A stretch of DNA of 57,189 nucleotides from Candidatus Brennerbacteria bacterium (lineage in GTDB: Bacteria > Patescibacteriota > Minisyncoccia > UBA6257 > GWB1-50-10): contig JACPEK010000005.1 of assembly GCA_016183535.1 (NCBI GenBank), forward strand, positions 1-57,189, given 5' to 3'. The position numbers and the translations under genes are program-made. The notes below the pieces were generated by a model, which saw only the letters and a program-made list of their open reading frames with translations, did not search any database and had not been told where the DNA came from. Shown in pieces: positions 19,702 through 30,556 of this stretch. The stretch's first letter is position 1. Each line of letters begins with the position of its first letter.

Positions 19702-19736
19702 AATCCTTTAATTTTTCAATCCTTTAATCATTCAAG
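19702..19736. repeat. family-1 repeat in inverted orientation relative to 19284..19310
   Basis: AATCCTTTAATTTTTCAATCCTTTAATCATTCAAG. Confidence 0.7.
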
Positions 19737-19749
19737 GCAACTCAATTCA

Positions 19750-20958
19750 TTAGAATTGAGTTGTCAGCTGATAGATCGGTACGATGATGGCGAGCGCGAT
19801 CACGCCGATGACCGTGCCTATCATGACGAGAAGGAGCGGTTCAAGGAACGACACGAGCGACTTCACCGACGCGTCAATCTCCTTCGTGTAGAAGTCGGAA
19901 AGCGTCGCGAGGACGTCGTCCAAATGCCCCGCCTTCTCGGAGATGGACATAAGACTCGCGACGGTTTGGGGGAAAAACGGTTCCCGCCGGAACGCTTCCC
20001 CGACCGTGAGCCCCTTCATAAGTCCTTCGCGCGAGATCCGCATCAAAGATTCCGAAAGTTCCACATTCCCCACCGCCGCGGCGGTGATCTCGAGCGCCTC
20101 CGTGATGGGCATGCCGGCGCGGATAAGGGAAGAAAACGTCGCGGCAAACCGCTGGAGGGCGATTTTTTTTATCACGTCGTGGATAACCGGAATCTCCGAC
20201 ACAACGCCGACGACGAATTTCTTGAAAAACAATGAGGAAAGGTAGAGGCGAACCGCGATCGCCCCGACCGCCGCCACAAAAATCAAGACGAACAAGCCGT
20301 AATCACTGAAGAAGAGACCCACGTTGAAAACGATGCGGGAGAAGAGCGGCGGCTCGAACCCTCCCTGCAGGAACACGTCGGCAATTTTCGGAAGCGCGAA
20401 GCCGATGAGGAATGCGAGAATGAGCACCGACCCTATGAGGAGTAAGACGGGATAAATAAGCGCGCCCCGGATGCGATCGCGGAGATCTTTTTGTTTGGTG
20501 AGATCTTCGGTCAAATCTTCGAACACGTGTTCGAGATCGCCCGACGCCTCTCCCGCCTTCACAAGGTTTGCATATACGGATCCGAAGATGCGCGGATATT
20601 TTGCAAACGTCGTGTAAAACGGCTGGCCTTGTTCCAACGAGGTACGAATCTCAAGGAGAATGTCGCGCACCGCCGGTTTCTTCAGATCTGCGACGAGAAT
20701 ATTCACGGCTTCAAGGAGCCCCGTGCCTACTTTGAGCATGAGTGAAAGATACTTCGACATGAACACGAGATCGGTCATGGTCACCTTCCCGCGGAAGAGC
20801 GCGAATGAGCGCTTCACGCGCGCTTCGAGCGGCTTTAAGCTCACCGGCTTTAATTGGTTCTTTGCAAGAAATGCGAGCGCTTCACTAATATCACGCGCCT
20901 CGAGGTCGCCCTCAACGACGCGGCTATCGGGTTGGGAGGCAATATACCTAAACTTCAT
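19750..20958 (-). CDS. pilC: type II secretion system F family protein (PilC-like platform)
   Basis: 402 aa with two GspF repeats and 3 TM regions. Lies adjacent to the PilB-like ATPase. Confidence 0.9.
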   Translation of the reverse strand: MKFRYIASQPDSRVVEGDLEARDISEALAFLAKNQLKPVSLKPLEARVKRSFALFRGKVTMTDLVFMSKYLSLMLKVGTGLLEAVNILVADLKKPAVRDILLEIRTSLEQGQPFYTTFAKYPRIFGSVYANLVKAGEASGDLEHVFEDLTEDLTKQKDLRDRIRGALIYPVLLLIGSVLILAFLIGFALPKIADVFLQGGFEPPLFSRIVFNVGLFFSDYGLFVLIFVAAVGAIAVRLYLSSLFFKKFVVGVVSEIPVIHDVIKKIALQRFAATFSSLIRAGMPITEALEITAAAVGNVELSESLMRISREGLMKGLTVGEAFRREPFFPQTVASLMSISEKAGHLDDVLATLSDFYTKEIDASVKSLVSFLEPLLLVMIGTVIGVIALAIIVPIYQLTTQF

Positions 20959-20986
20959 GTTTTTATAAATATTTTCATGGTGGTAT

Positions 20987-21119
20987 CGCTAAAATCCTAA
21001 ATCCGAAACCCTAAACTCCAAACAAATTCCAAACTCCAAATTCAAATGTCCCAAACGGTTTGGAATTTTAGATGTTGGTCATTGGAGTTTCTTTAGGATT
21101 TAGTGCTTAGGATTTAGCG
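20987..21119. repeat. family-2 long imperfect inverted repeat (about 130 nt)
   Basis: CGCTAAAATCCTAAATCCGAAACCCTAAACTCCAAAC...GGTCATTGGAGTTTCTTTAGGATTTAGTGCTTAGGATTTAGCG. Confidence 0.75.
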
Positions 21120-21127
21120 TTTCCGAG

Positions 21128-22843
21128 TTATTCACGAATAACTCGGAAGAGTTCCTCGATCGTCGTAATCCCCCGCTCCACCTTGCGGAGTCCGTCTTCA
21201 AACATACTGACCATCCCTTCCGCGCGCGCGACCTTGCGAAGGTTGTCGAGGTTGAATTCGTTGGAGATGATGAGCTTCCGCACCGCTTCGGTGACGGGCA
21301 ATACCTCGAAAATGCCTACCCGCCCGAGGTATCCCGTTCCGCCGCATGCGGCACAACCCTTCCCGCGATAAAACGTTTTGGGAAGCTTCACGGTGCGCGG
21401 ATCCACTCCCGCCGCGGCGAGCTCGCGCGCGACGCTCTCGGTCACCCCCCGCTCCGGCACATACGACTCGATACAGTCGAGATGAATTTTCCGCACGAGG
21501 CGCTGGGCAATCACGTCGTTCAGCACGGCGGCGACGAGAAAGGGCGGCACTCCCATGTCAATGAGTCGCGGCACCACCGTCGGCGCATCGTTCGTGTGGA
21601 GCGAAGACAACACAAGGTGTCCTGTGAGCGCCGCCTGCACCGAGATGTTCGCCGTCTCCGCATCGCGGACCTCGCCGACCATAACGACGTTCGGGTCCTG
21701 CCGGAGAAGCGCGCGCAATCCCGACGCAAAGGTGATGCCGGCCGCGACGTTCACCTGCATCTGATTCGCGTAGCGCATATCATACTCCACCGGATCCTCA
21801 ATCGTAACGATGTTCACCTCCGGCTTATTGAGAAGATTCAAGATGGAGTAGAGGGTGGTGGTTTTCCCCGATCCGGTGGGGCCGCACGCGAGCACCATGC
21901 CATACGTTTTTCCGATCGCCTCCTCGACGGAACGCGCGTCGCCCTCAAGCATGCCGAGATCCGAGAGTGAGAGGGGTTTTTGCGTCGCGGCGAGGAGGCG
22001 AAGCACCATTTTCTCCCCGTAGAAAGTGGGAATGATCGAGACGCGCACGTCGGTCATGTTCCCGCCGAGTTGGTAGCGGAACCTCCCGTCCTGCGGGTGG
22101 GTATGTTCGTCGACGCGGAGATTCGAGAGAATTTTGAGGCGCGCGACGACCGCCGGATGAATCTCCTTGGGCATGCGGATAATTTCATGAAGGATGCCGT
22201 CCACGCGATACCGCACGAGAATACCGTCGTCGAGCATTTCAAAATGTATGTCGGAAGCCCGCGAGGAGATGGCGTACTCGAGTAAGTTATCCACGATGGC
22301 GACGATGGGAATATCCTGCGCCGCCTCTTCGAGATCTCCACGCGATTTTGAGCGGAGCGATTCCTGCACGCTTTCTTCAATGGTTTTCTTATAATCTTGC
22401 GTGAGACGCTTTTGATAAACCAGAAAACCGCGATTCAAATCGTCGTCGTCCGCAAGGTAGGGTTTCACGGACCCCTCGAGTTTCAAACCGAGGAAATCAA
22501 GCGTTTCGAGGTCGGTGGGATCTTCCATCGCCACACGAAACCGCCCGTCTTGCTCTTTCCCGAATGGAATTACCCTCCGGCGGCGGGCCGCGTCTTCAGG
22601 GAGAAGATTTAAAACCTGTTCGTCGATCTTCACCACGCCAAGGTTTATCCGCTCGACGCCTAATGCCTTCGCGACGAGCACGAGAAAATATTCCTTGTTC
22701 AACAATCCGCGGGAAATGAGAATCTCAACGGGACTTTGGCGCTTTCGCGTCGCTTCCTCAAGCGCCTCGTCGAACGCCGTTTCGTCCACCGCTCCCGCGC
22801 GGACGAGAATTTCTTTGAGTTTTTCAGGTGGGAGAACAATCAT
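21128..22843 (-). CDS. pilB: GspE/PilB family type IV pilus assembly ATPase
   Basis: Walker A GPTGSGKTT, Asp and His boxes, tetracysteine CAACGGTGYLGR. Confidence 0.95.
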   Translation of the reverse strand: MIVLPPEKLKEILVRAGAVDETAFDEALEEATRKRQSPVEILISRGLLNKEYFLVLVAKALGVERINLGVVKIDEQVLNLLPEDAARRRRVIPFGKEQDGRFRVAMEDPTDLETLDFLGLKLEGSVKPYLADDDDLNRGFLVYQKRLTQDYKKTIEESVQESLRSKSRGDLEEAAQDIPIVAIVDNLLEYAISSRASDIHFEMLDDGILVRYRVDGILHEIIRMPKEIHPAVVARLKILSNLRVDEHTHPQDGRFRYQLGGNMTDVRVSIIPTFYGEKMVLRLLAATQKPLSLSDLGMLEGDARSVEEAIGKTYGMVLACGPTGSGKTTTLYSILNLLNKPEVNIVTIEDPVEYDMRYANQMQVNVAAGITFASGLRALLRQDPNVVMVGEVRDAETANISVQAALTGHLVLSSLHTNDAPTVVPRLIDMGVPPFLVAAVLNDVIAQRLVRKIHLDCIESYVPERGVTESVARELAAAGVDPRTVKLPKTFYRGKGCAACGGTGYLGRVGIFEVLPVTEAVRKLIISNEFNLDNLRKVARAEGMVSMFEDGLRKVERGITTIEELFRVIRE

Positions 22844-22846
22844 GAT

Positions 22847-22918
22847 GAATTGAAAAAATTAAGAATGAAAAGATTGAGGAGCTCTTACAAAATTTCTCAA
22901 TCATTCAATCTTTCAATG
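22847..22918. repeat. family-1 hairpin repeat
   Basis: GAATTGAAAAAATTAAGAATGAAAAGATTGAGG...TTCTCAATCATTCAATCTTTCAATG. Confidence 0.7.
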
Positions 22919-22984
22919 ATAATTATATACCAAAAACTCCCGCTTTCGCAGGAGTTTGGCGCGCACGGATAAGTTGCGCGATTA

Positions 22985-23635
22985 CTAGAGGTCCAAACCG
23001 GGATCATTCCCCACCTCGTAGGCGTTCGCGTTATCGCCGCCATCTTTTGAGTTTGATTCGACGTCGGAGCCGCCGCCGTTCGCGTACTTGGTGCTTTCCA
23101 TGGAAGCATTGAGTTCGTACGTGAGTGTTGTGTTGCCGGAAGTGAGATACTGGTAAAAGCAGGCGGTCGCCCCTGTCCCGCAGTTCGTCGAACTGTTGTT
23201 CGGATCAAGGGGAAGCTTTGCGAGAGGCGAACCAGACGAAATACTCCCAAAGTTGATCGTAACCCACCCGCCGCCCGTAGTCACAGTCGAGGTGGAAGCC
23301 GAGCACGCCATCGTTCCTTTCGTCGTGGTCCCCGACGTGCAGTACGAGGTGGCGCCGATGGCGGGCGACGCGACGTCCGAAAGGTAGAGTGCGATCGCGC
23401 TGTTGAGGGTCGCGAGGTCGGAAATGCGCGTGGTGTCGCGCGCTTGTTTGATAAGCTCCGCGGGATTCAACACCAACACCACCGTCACGGCGAGCACCGC
23501 GAGAATGGCGATGACGACTAAAAGCTCAATAAGCGTAAACCCCGCACCTTTTCTCGAATGACCAAAATCAACAACCCGCGCAATACGGCGGCTCGTGTTC
23601 AAGAAAGGGTGCGGGATAAATCCTTTCGGTCTCAT
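22985..23635 (-). CDS. type IV pilin (prepilin-type N-terminal cleavage/methylation domain)
   Basis: KGAG|FTLIELLVVIAILAVLA. Unusually long (about 32 aa) leader if the ATG at 23635 is used. Confidence 0.85.
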   Translation of the reverse strand: MRPKGFIPHPFLNTSRRIARVVDFGHSRKGAGFTLIELLVVIAILAVLAVTVVLVLNPAELIKQARDTTRISDLATLNSAIALYLSDVASPAIGATSYCTSGTTTKGTMACSASTSTVTTGGGWVTINFGSISSGSPLAKLPLDPNNSSTNCGTGATACFYQYLTSGNTTLTYELNASMESTKYANGGGSDVESNSKDGGDNANAYEVGNDPGLDL

Positions 23636-23698
23636 ATTTTTCTTGTTGCCTTAAGTATATTCCACCAGTTTTCTTTGTGTTGTGGATAACTCATGTCT

Positions 23699-24082
23699 TT
23701 ATTGTTTCTCGGAGAGAAAGGTTTTTATATGTTCCACAAGCTCTTCAATCGAGACCTTCGCCTTCACGAAATACTCGATGGCGCCTAAGGCTTCCCCTCG
23801 CGCCACGTCGCTCTCCTGCCCGAGGTTCGAAATGATGATGACGGGAGCTTTTTCAAACTGGGGATCCGCTTGGAGCGTCTCCAAAAGTTCAAACCCTGAA
23901 ATCTTGGGCAGAATGATATCGAGCAGAATGAGATCGGTTTTAATCTCGCGCAGGCGCGCGAGCGCCTCTTCCCCGTCGCGCGCGAGAACAATCTCAAGTC
24001 CTTCCTTTTCCAACCTTTGTTTTAAAAGGTTTCCCAAAAGGGGTTCGTCTTCGACGAGAAGGATTTTTTTTGTTTCGGCCAT
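23699..24082 (-). CDS. stand-alone response regulator receiver (CheY-like)
   Basis: KILLVEDE, LILLDIILP, and K in the FVKAK position. No output domain (127 aa). Confidence 0.9.
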   Translation of the reverse strand: MAETKKILLVEDEPLLGNLLKQRLEKEGLEIVLARDGEEALARLREIKTDLILLDIILPKISGFELLETLQADPQFEKAPVIIISNLGQESDVARGEALGAIEYFVKAKVSIEELVEHIKTFLSEKQ

Positions 24083-24302
24083 GTTGGGTGAATTCTAACA
24101 AACACCGCGCGAATGCGCGAATGCGGGGGAACAAACCAAAACTTTTTCCGTTGTCCTATTGCCGCGACTTACGGCTCCGCGGCCAACACCGTTTGGGCCC
24201 TCGCGGGCCTACGCGATCCGACAAAGAGCGGAGCGCACAACGAGTGTGCTCTCCACTCCATGCCCATCCGCGTTCGACGTCTTCCTGCAAAGCAAGAAGA
24301 TG

Positions 24303-25797
<1,495 letters not shown>

Positions 25798-25950
25798 AAA
25801 GTCTGGCCGAAGCCAAACTTAAAAATATCTAGGACAACGAAAAAAGTTTTCGTTTCTGGTATGCCCGTTTCCGTTGCTGCAACGAAAAGCGGGCTTTTAA
25901 TTTATCAATGGACGCGCTATGTAAACGCACGTTTTCCATAGGCGAGGACT

Positions 25951-25978
25951 ATTATAGGGAACGAGCTTCCCTTGTCAA
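25951..25978 (-). promoter_or_regulatory. sigma70-consensus promoter for the 16S gene
   Basis: Minus strand reads TTGACA-16 nt-TATAAT, both hexamers perfect, about 150 nt upstream of the 16S 5' end. Confidence 0.55.
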
Positions 25979-26135
25979 TCCCGTAAGAAGTAGCCTCTCC
26001 TGCGCCGATGCTCCGGCGGGCAGGCGCGCCCGTGGTCCTCCGCGCTCGCGACTCCGTCGCGAGCGCAACCTCTCACGGAATCAAACCGACTTGCCATTTC
26101 TCGCAGTTTATAGAACAATGGGCTGGCATAAACTT

Positions 26136-26420
26136 ATGAAAGAGAGTATCCACCCGAAATACTATCCGAACGCGAAGGTAACATGCGCATGCGGAGAAAC
26201 CTTCACGGTCGGCGCCACGGTGCCGGAGATTCGCGTCGAAATCTGTTCAAAGTGCCACCCGTTCTACACCGGCAAACAGTCGCTCATCGACACCACCGGC
26301 CGCGTGGAACGTTTTCGCGCCCGCTCCCGTGCCGCCGAAGCTCGCTCCGGCGAGGTGAAGGCGCGCGGCGCGAAAACCACCGGCGCGGTGAAGAAATCCA
26401 AACCGAAAAAGCGGACGTAA
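26136..26420 (+). CDS. rpmE: 50S ribosomal protein L31
   Basis: [26 protein letters not shown]...[12 protein letters not shown]. The ORF-track N-terminal extension from 25908 is judged spurious. An alternative ATG lies at 26118. Confidence 0.9.
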   Translation: MKESIHPKYYPNAKVTCACGETFTVGATVPEIRVEICSKCHPFYTGKQSLIDTTGRVERFRARSRAAEARSGEVKARGAKTTGAVKKSKPKKRT

Positions 26421-26456
26421 AATTTACCGTCGGCGTCCGTTTCGCCGACAAACAAA

Positions 26457-27101
26457 ATGGCAACGGAACTCAAAGTACAATCGAGAAGCGTATTCGGAAA
26501 AAAGACCGCCGCGCTCCGCCACGCGGGTTTCGTTCCCGGCGAAATCTACGGCCACGGGAGAAATAACCTCCATGTGGCGGTTCCGCTCAAGGAATTTGTC
26601 GCGCTCTATCGCGCGGCCGGGAGCCACACCGTCATTTCGGTCGCGACCGAGGAAGGCGCGATTCCCGCGGTTATCGCGGAAGTGGCATACCATCCACTCT
26701 CCGATGAGATTCTCGCGATCGATTTCCACGCGGTGAAGAAAGGCGAAAGGGTGCGCGCAAAAGCGCCGGTCGCGTTCGTCGGCGTGGCGCCGGCGACGAA
26801 AGCCGGCTTCGTTGTCGTCGAGGTCGTGCACGAGATCGAGATTGAGGCGCTCCCCGAACACCTTCTTCACAAGATCGAGGTTTCGTTGGAAAAACTCGAG
26901 AAACCCGGTGATTCCGTCGGGATCAAAGATCTCTCGCTCCCCTCCACCGTCAAACTCCACGTTCCCACCGACACCACACTTGCAACCGTGCGCGAACACG
27001 CGAGAGAAGCGACGATTTCTCCGCCCGTGGCGGAAACGGCCACTCCCGCCGAGGAAGCCGCGACTTCGGAAAACGCTCCCGCACAACCGGAGAAAAAGTA
27101 G
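26457..27101 (+). CDS. rplY: 50S ribosomal protein L25/general stress protein Ctc
   Basis: LKVQSRSVFGKKTAALRHAGFVPGEIYGHG and a two-domain length of 214 aa. Confidence 0.9.
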   Translation: MATELKVQSRSVFGKKTAALRHAGFVPGEIYGHGRNNLHVAVPLKEFVALYRAAGSHTVISVATEEGAIPAVIAEVAYHPLSDEILAIDFHAVKKGERVRAKAPVAFVGVAPATKAGFVVVEVVHEIEIEALPEHLLHKIEVSLEKLEKPGDSVGIKDLSLPSTVKLHVPTDTTLATVREHAREATISPPVAETATPAEEAATSENAPAQPEKK

Positions 27102-27106
27102 CCTTA

Positions 27107-27132
27107 AATCCCGATCATGCGATCGGGATTTT
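27107..27132 (+). terminator. rho-independent terminator after rplY
   Basis: AATCCCGATC-atgc-GATCGGGATT followed by TTTT. Confidence 0.6.
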
Positions 27133-27164
27133 CGTGTCCCCCGCGCCCAACACGGGATGGCGTG

Positions 27165-27193
27165 TTATCAAAACGGGATTCCGCCGTTATAAT
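27165..27193 (+). promoter_or_regulatory. candidate promoter
   Basis: TTATCA-17 nt-TATAAT. The -10 hexamer ends 16 nt before the ATG at 27210. Confidence 0.4.
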
Positions 27194-27209
27194 TGATAGG
27201 GAGATAAAT

Positions 27210-28658
27210 ATGAAACATTGTTTTTTTGCACGCGGTGCCTCGCTTGCGCTTCTCGGCATAATATTTTTGTCTGCGGCGCGACTCGATCTCGTTTCAGCTC
27301 CGTTGGCGATCCGCGACGCTTTCGGCTCGGCGATCGCATATGCGCAAGCAAGCCCGCCGGCGGGCGGAGAGGAAGAACGCCGCGCGCTCGAATCCCAACT
27401 CGAAGAGCTTGAGAAACAAATCGAGGAACATGAGGCACAGATCGCAAAGTACAAAGCCCAGGGGAAAACCCTCTCCGGCGAGATTGCAACCTTAAACGCG
27501 AAAATCGCGAAGGCGGGCGCGCAAATTAAGGCGTTGAACCTCGAACTTTCGCGTCTTACACGGGAAATCAACGAAACCCAGCGTCAGATCAACCGAACGG
27601 AAGACAACATCGGATCTCACAAGGACGCGATCGGCCGGTATCTCCGCGATCTTTACGAATCGGATCGCGCCGACTTGGTAGAGGTGGTGCTTTCACAGGA
27701 GGAGCTTTCTGATTTCTTCGGCTACATCGAGAATGTGACCTTGGTGCAGGAGAACCTCCGCATCTCGCTCGCCGAGATCACGCGCCTCCGCGAAGATCTC
27801 GTGGAACAAAAAGAACATCTCGCGACAAAAAAAGATGACACGGAAAACCTCCGCGCCGTTCAGGAGGGCCAAAAAAAGAATGTCGAAGCGGCCCAAGCGC
27901 AGAAAAATCAACTCCTCAAAACCACAAAAGGAAAGGAATCTGAGTATCAGAAACTTCTCACAAAAACCCAGGCGAGCGCGGCACAGATTCGCACCCGCAT
28001 CTTCCAGCTTCTCGGCGGGGGCGAACTTACGTTCGAAGCGGCATACGATTTCGCCCGCATTGCGGAGGGCGCGACCGGCGTACGCGCCGCCCTCACGCTC
28101 GCGATCCTCCACCGCGAATCGCTCCTCGGGAAAAATGTCGGCCGCTGTTCCTATGCGAAGGCGATGCACCCCACGCGCGACAAGCCCTATTTTCTTGAAC
28201 TCCTCGGCCGTCTCGGTATCGATCCTTCGTCCGACTTTGCGAAAGTTTCATGCCCGAACGCCCATGGCGCGTACGGCGGCGCAATGGGCCCCGCGCAGTT
28301 TATCCCCTCCACCTGGAAGCTCTACGAATCAAAGATCGCCGCGGTCACCGGCAATAATCCCCCCTCACCATGGAACAACGCGGACGCGTTCGCCGCCACC
28401 GCGGTCTACATGAAGGATCTCCTCGGATCGTCGAGTTGTAAGTCGTACGCCGAGGCAAATAAAAATCAAGTTTCCTATCAAACACTTGTTGAGCGGTGCG
28501 CCGCGGCGAAATACTATTCAGGCGGCAACTGGTACACCTACCGTTTCTGGTACGGCGATCCGGTTGTCACCAAAGCGAACGAATTCGAACAGGATATTTC
28601 AGTCCTGAAGGCGAATGCGGCGGTTCCCGCTTCGCTGAAATTCGCCGCCGTAGAATAA
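27210..28658 (+). CDS. secreted coiled-coil protein with C-terminal lytic-transglycosylase/lysozyme-like domain
   Basis: Signal peptide MKHCFFARGASLALLGIIFLSA, about 250 aa of heptad-rich sequence, then LHRESLLG and GAMGPAQFIPSTW (MltB/SLT-like). Confidence 0.6.
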   Translation: MKHCFFARGASLALLGIIFLSAARLDLVSAPLAIRDAFGSAIAYAQASPPAGGEEERRALESQLEELEKQIEEHEAQIAKYKAQGKTLSGEIATLNAKIAKAGAQIKALNLELSRLTREINETQRQINRTEDNIGSHKDAIGRYLRDLYESDRADLVEVVLSQEELSDFFGYIENVTLVQENLRISLAEITRLREDLVEQKEHLATKKDDTENLRAVQEGQKKNVEAAQAQKNQLLKTTKGKESEYQKLLTKTQASAAQIRTRIFQLLGGGELTFEAAYDFARIAEGATGVRAALTLAILHRESLLGKNVGRCSYAKAMHPTRDKPYFLELLGRLGIDPSSDFAKVSCPNAHGAYGGAMGPAQFIPSTWKLYESKIAAVTGNNPPSPWNNADAFAATAVYMKDLLGSSSCKSYAEANKNQVSYQTLVERCAAAKYYSGGNWYTYRFWYGDPVVTKANEFEQDISVLKANAAVPASLKFAAVE

Positions 28659-28828
28659 CGCGCCGCCGCATCCCGCCGCGCGATACCACAGGGTGCTATA
28701 CTTTAGTATAGTGCCTCGTCCCAACGCCTAAACTGACTTACCCACCTCGCCCTCCAACGTCTTTTCTATACGTAAAACTTTTTCCCAATCCGGTGATTCT
28801 CGCCTGCCCGCGGGCAGTGGCGATGCGA

Positions 28829-29560
28829 TTACTGCTTCAGGAACGCTTCGACAATGGGATCCATGGCTCCTTCTAATAATTTTTCTATGTTATGAAATTT
28901 CTTGCCCAACCGATGGTCGGTAATCCTATCCTCCGGAAAATTATACGTACGGATTTTCTCCGCGCGTTCGCCCGATCCTATTTGTTCTTTCCGGAGTTCC
29001 GCCACTGATCCCACCGCTTGTTCTTTCTGCGCTTCATAAAGTTTCGCGCGGAGCACCTCCATTGCCCGCTCGCGGTTCGCATACTGCGAACGCTCTTCGC
29101 GCGACCCCACTACCACTCCCGTCGGTTTATGGAGAATACGCACGGCAGTTTCCACCTTATTTACGTTCTGGCCGCCGGGGCCGCCCGCGCGGGAGAACGT
29201 CACTTCCAAATCGCTCTCTTTTATGTCAAACGCTTTCGCCTCTACAATCGGCAGTACCGCTACCGACGCGGTCGAGGTGTGAATACGTCCCTGTCGTTCG
29301 GTCACGGGTACTCTCTGCACGCGATGCACGCCCGACTCCCATTTGAGAGCGCCGTAAACCCCCGCGCCGCTCAATTCGGCGACGAGCGTCTTGTATCCCC
29401 GCGCGCCGGATTCCGACGCGTCTACCATAACAAACCGCCAGCCGCGCCTTACCGCATACTTCTGGTACATCCGCGCCAAGTCACCCGCGAAAAGCGACGC
29501 CTCGTCGCCTCCCGTCCCCGCCCGGATCTCAAGGATTATTTTTTTTACCTCATCAGCCAT
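28829..29560 (-). CDS. prfA: peptide chain release factor 1-like, lacking N-terminal domain 1
   Basis: [14 protein letters not shown] (PxT, RF1-type tripeptide) and [11 protein letters not shown] (GGQ). Only 243 aa. Begins at the [13 protein letters not shown] domain-2 boundary. Confidence 0.85.
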   Translation of the reverse strand: MADEVKKIILEIRAGTGGDEASLFAGDLARMYQKYAVRRGWRFVMVDASESGARGYKTLVAELSGAGVYGALKWESGVHRVQRVPVTERQGRIHTSTASVAVLPIVEAKAFDIKESDLEVTFSRAGGPGGQNVNKVETAVRILHKPTGVVVGSREERSQYANRERAMEVLRAKLYEAQKEQAVGSVAELRKEQIGSGERAEKIRTYNFPEDRITDHRLGKKFHNIEKLLEGAMDPIVEAFLKQ

Positions 29561-29579
29561 AACGAAGAGAGTAGCGAAC

Positions 29580-30458
29580 TTAAATCCGATTGAAAAGGCG
29601 CAGGTGCCGTTCCACCACCGCTTCCATCGCAGTCAAAATATCCGGCATTATTTTGTAGGGCGATATTTCATCCGGATGCTCTTTCAACTCTTCCTCCAAA
29701 CTTTTCCGCCATGCGACACGAAGCTCCGTAGAGATGTGCACGATGGAAATTCCGGCATCAATCGCGGCGACGAAATCCTCGTCCACAATCCCCGAACCGC
29801 CGTGGAGCACGAGTGGCACCCCCGCCGCTTCGCGTATCGCCTTGATGCGCGCAATGTCCAGACGTGGATTCGGCGCCGAGGCGAACATGCCGTGGAGATT
29901 CCCCACCGCGGGCGCCAGTAAATCAACCCCCGTTTCCTTTACAAACCGCGCCGCGTCCTCCGGCATCGTCATGTCTTCGGGTGTTATCGCCGCGCCTTCG
30001 GGAACTTCTTTCCATACCTTGGACGAAGAGCCGATATAGCCGAGCTCGCCCTCTACGAGCGCCTCTTTGCTTGCTTCTTTCACCGCCATAACCGCTTCCT
30101 TCGTTCGTTGAATGTTCTCTTCCATCGGCAACTTTCCCTCGTCAAAGAGCACCGCGTCAAAACCGACGCCCGCCGCCTCTTTTGCTCTTTCGAGCGAATG
30201 GGTATGGTCGGCGTTCAAGAACAGCCGGAATCCTCCCTCCTTTGCGTGTTCGTCGTTATAACTTTTTGTCAAGTCCCGCACATGGTGCACGCCAAAATAC
30301 TCTCGCTCACCTTCCGAGACACCGATAATAACCGGCACATTGAGGCGCATACCGACATGCGCGATCGCTTTCAACTGCTCCAAGTTCGCGATGTTGAAGT
30401 GACTTATGGCTATTTTTCGCGTTTCCGCATCTTTTATTACCTGAAGTAAGGTCTCCAT
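29580..30458 (-). CDS. fba: class II fructose-bisphosphate aldolase
   Basis: [43 protein letters not shown]. Confidence 0.9.
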   Translation of the reverse strand: METLLQVIKDAETRKIAISHFNIANLEQLKAIAHVGMRLNVPVIIGVSEGEREYFGVHHVRDLTKSYNDEHAKEGGFRLFLNADHTHSLERAKEAAGVGFDAVLFDEGKLPMEENIQRTKEAVMAVKEASKEALVEGELGYIGSSSKVWKEVPEGAAITPEDMTMPEDAARFVKETGVDLLAPAVGNLHGMFASAPNPRLDIARIKAIREAAGVPLVLHGGSGIVDEDFVAAIDAGISIVHISTELRVAWRKSLEEELKEHPDEISPYKIMPDILTAMEAVVERHLRLFNRI

Positions 30459-30556
30459 ATTCGCTAATTTTGTAATTTTTAAATTTTATAAACAAATCCT
30501 AATGCTTTAATTTTTAAACATTTGGCAAATTTAAACATTATTTAAAAATTAAAAAT
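30459..30556. repeat. AT-rich low-complexity spacer (TAATTTTTAAA-type units)
   Basis: TTGTAATTTTTAAATTTTATAAAC...TTAATTTTTAAACATTTGGCAAATTTAAACATTATTTAAAAATTAAAAATTT. Confidence 0.5.

Noticed and set aside
23681-23689. Perfect DnaA-box 9-mer (TGTGGATAA, which is TTATCCACA on the minus strand) upstream of the pilin gene; considered as an oriC signal.
   Set aside because: It is a single copy. About 0.4 occurrences are expected by chance in a window of this size. There is no cluster, no AT-rich unwinding element and no dnaA or dnaN nearby.
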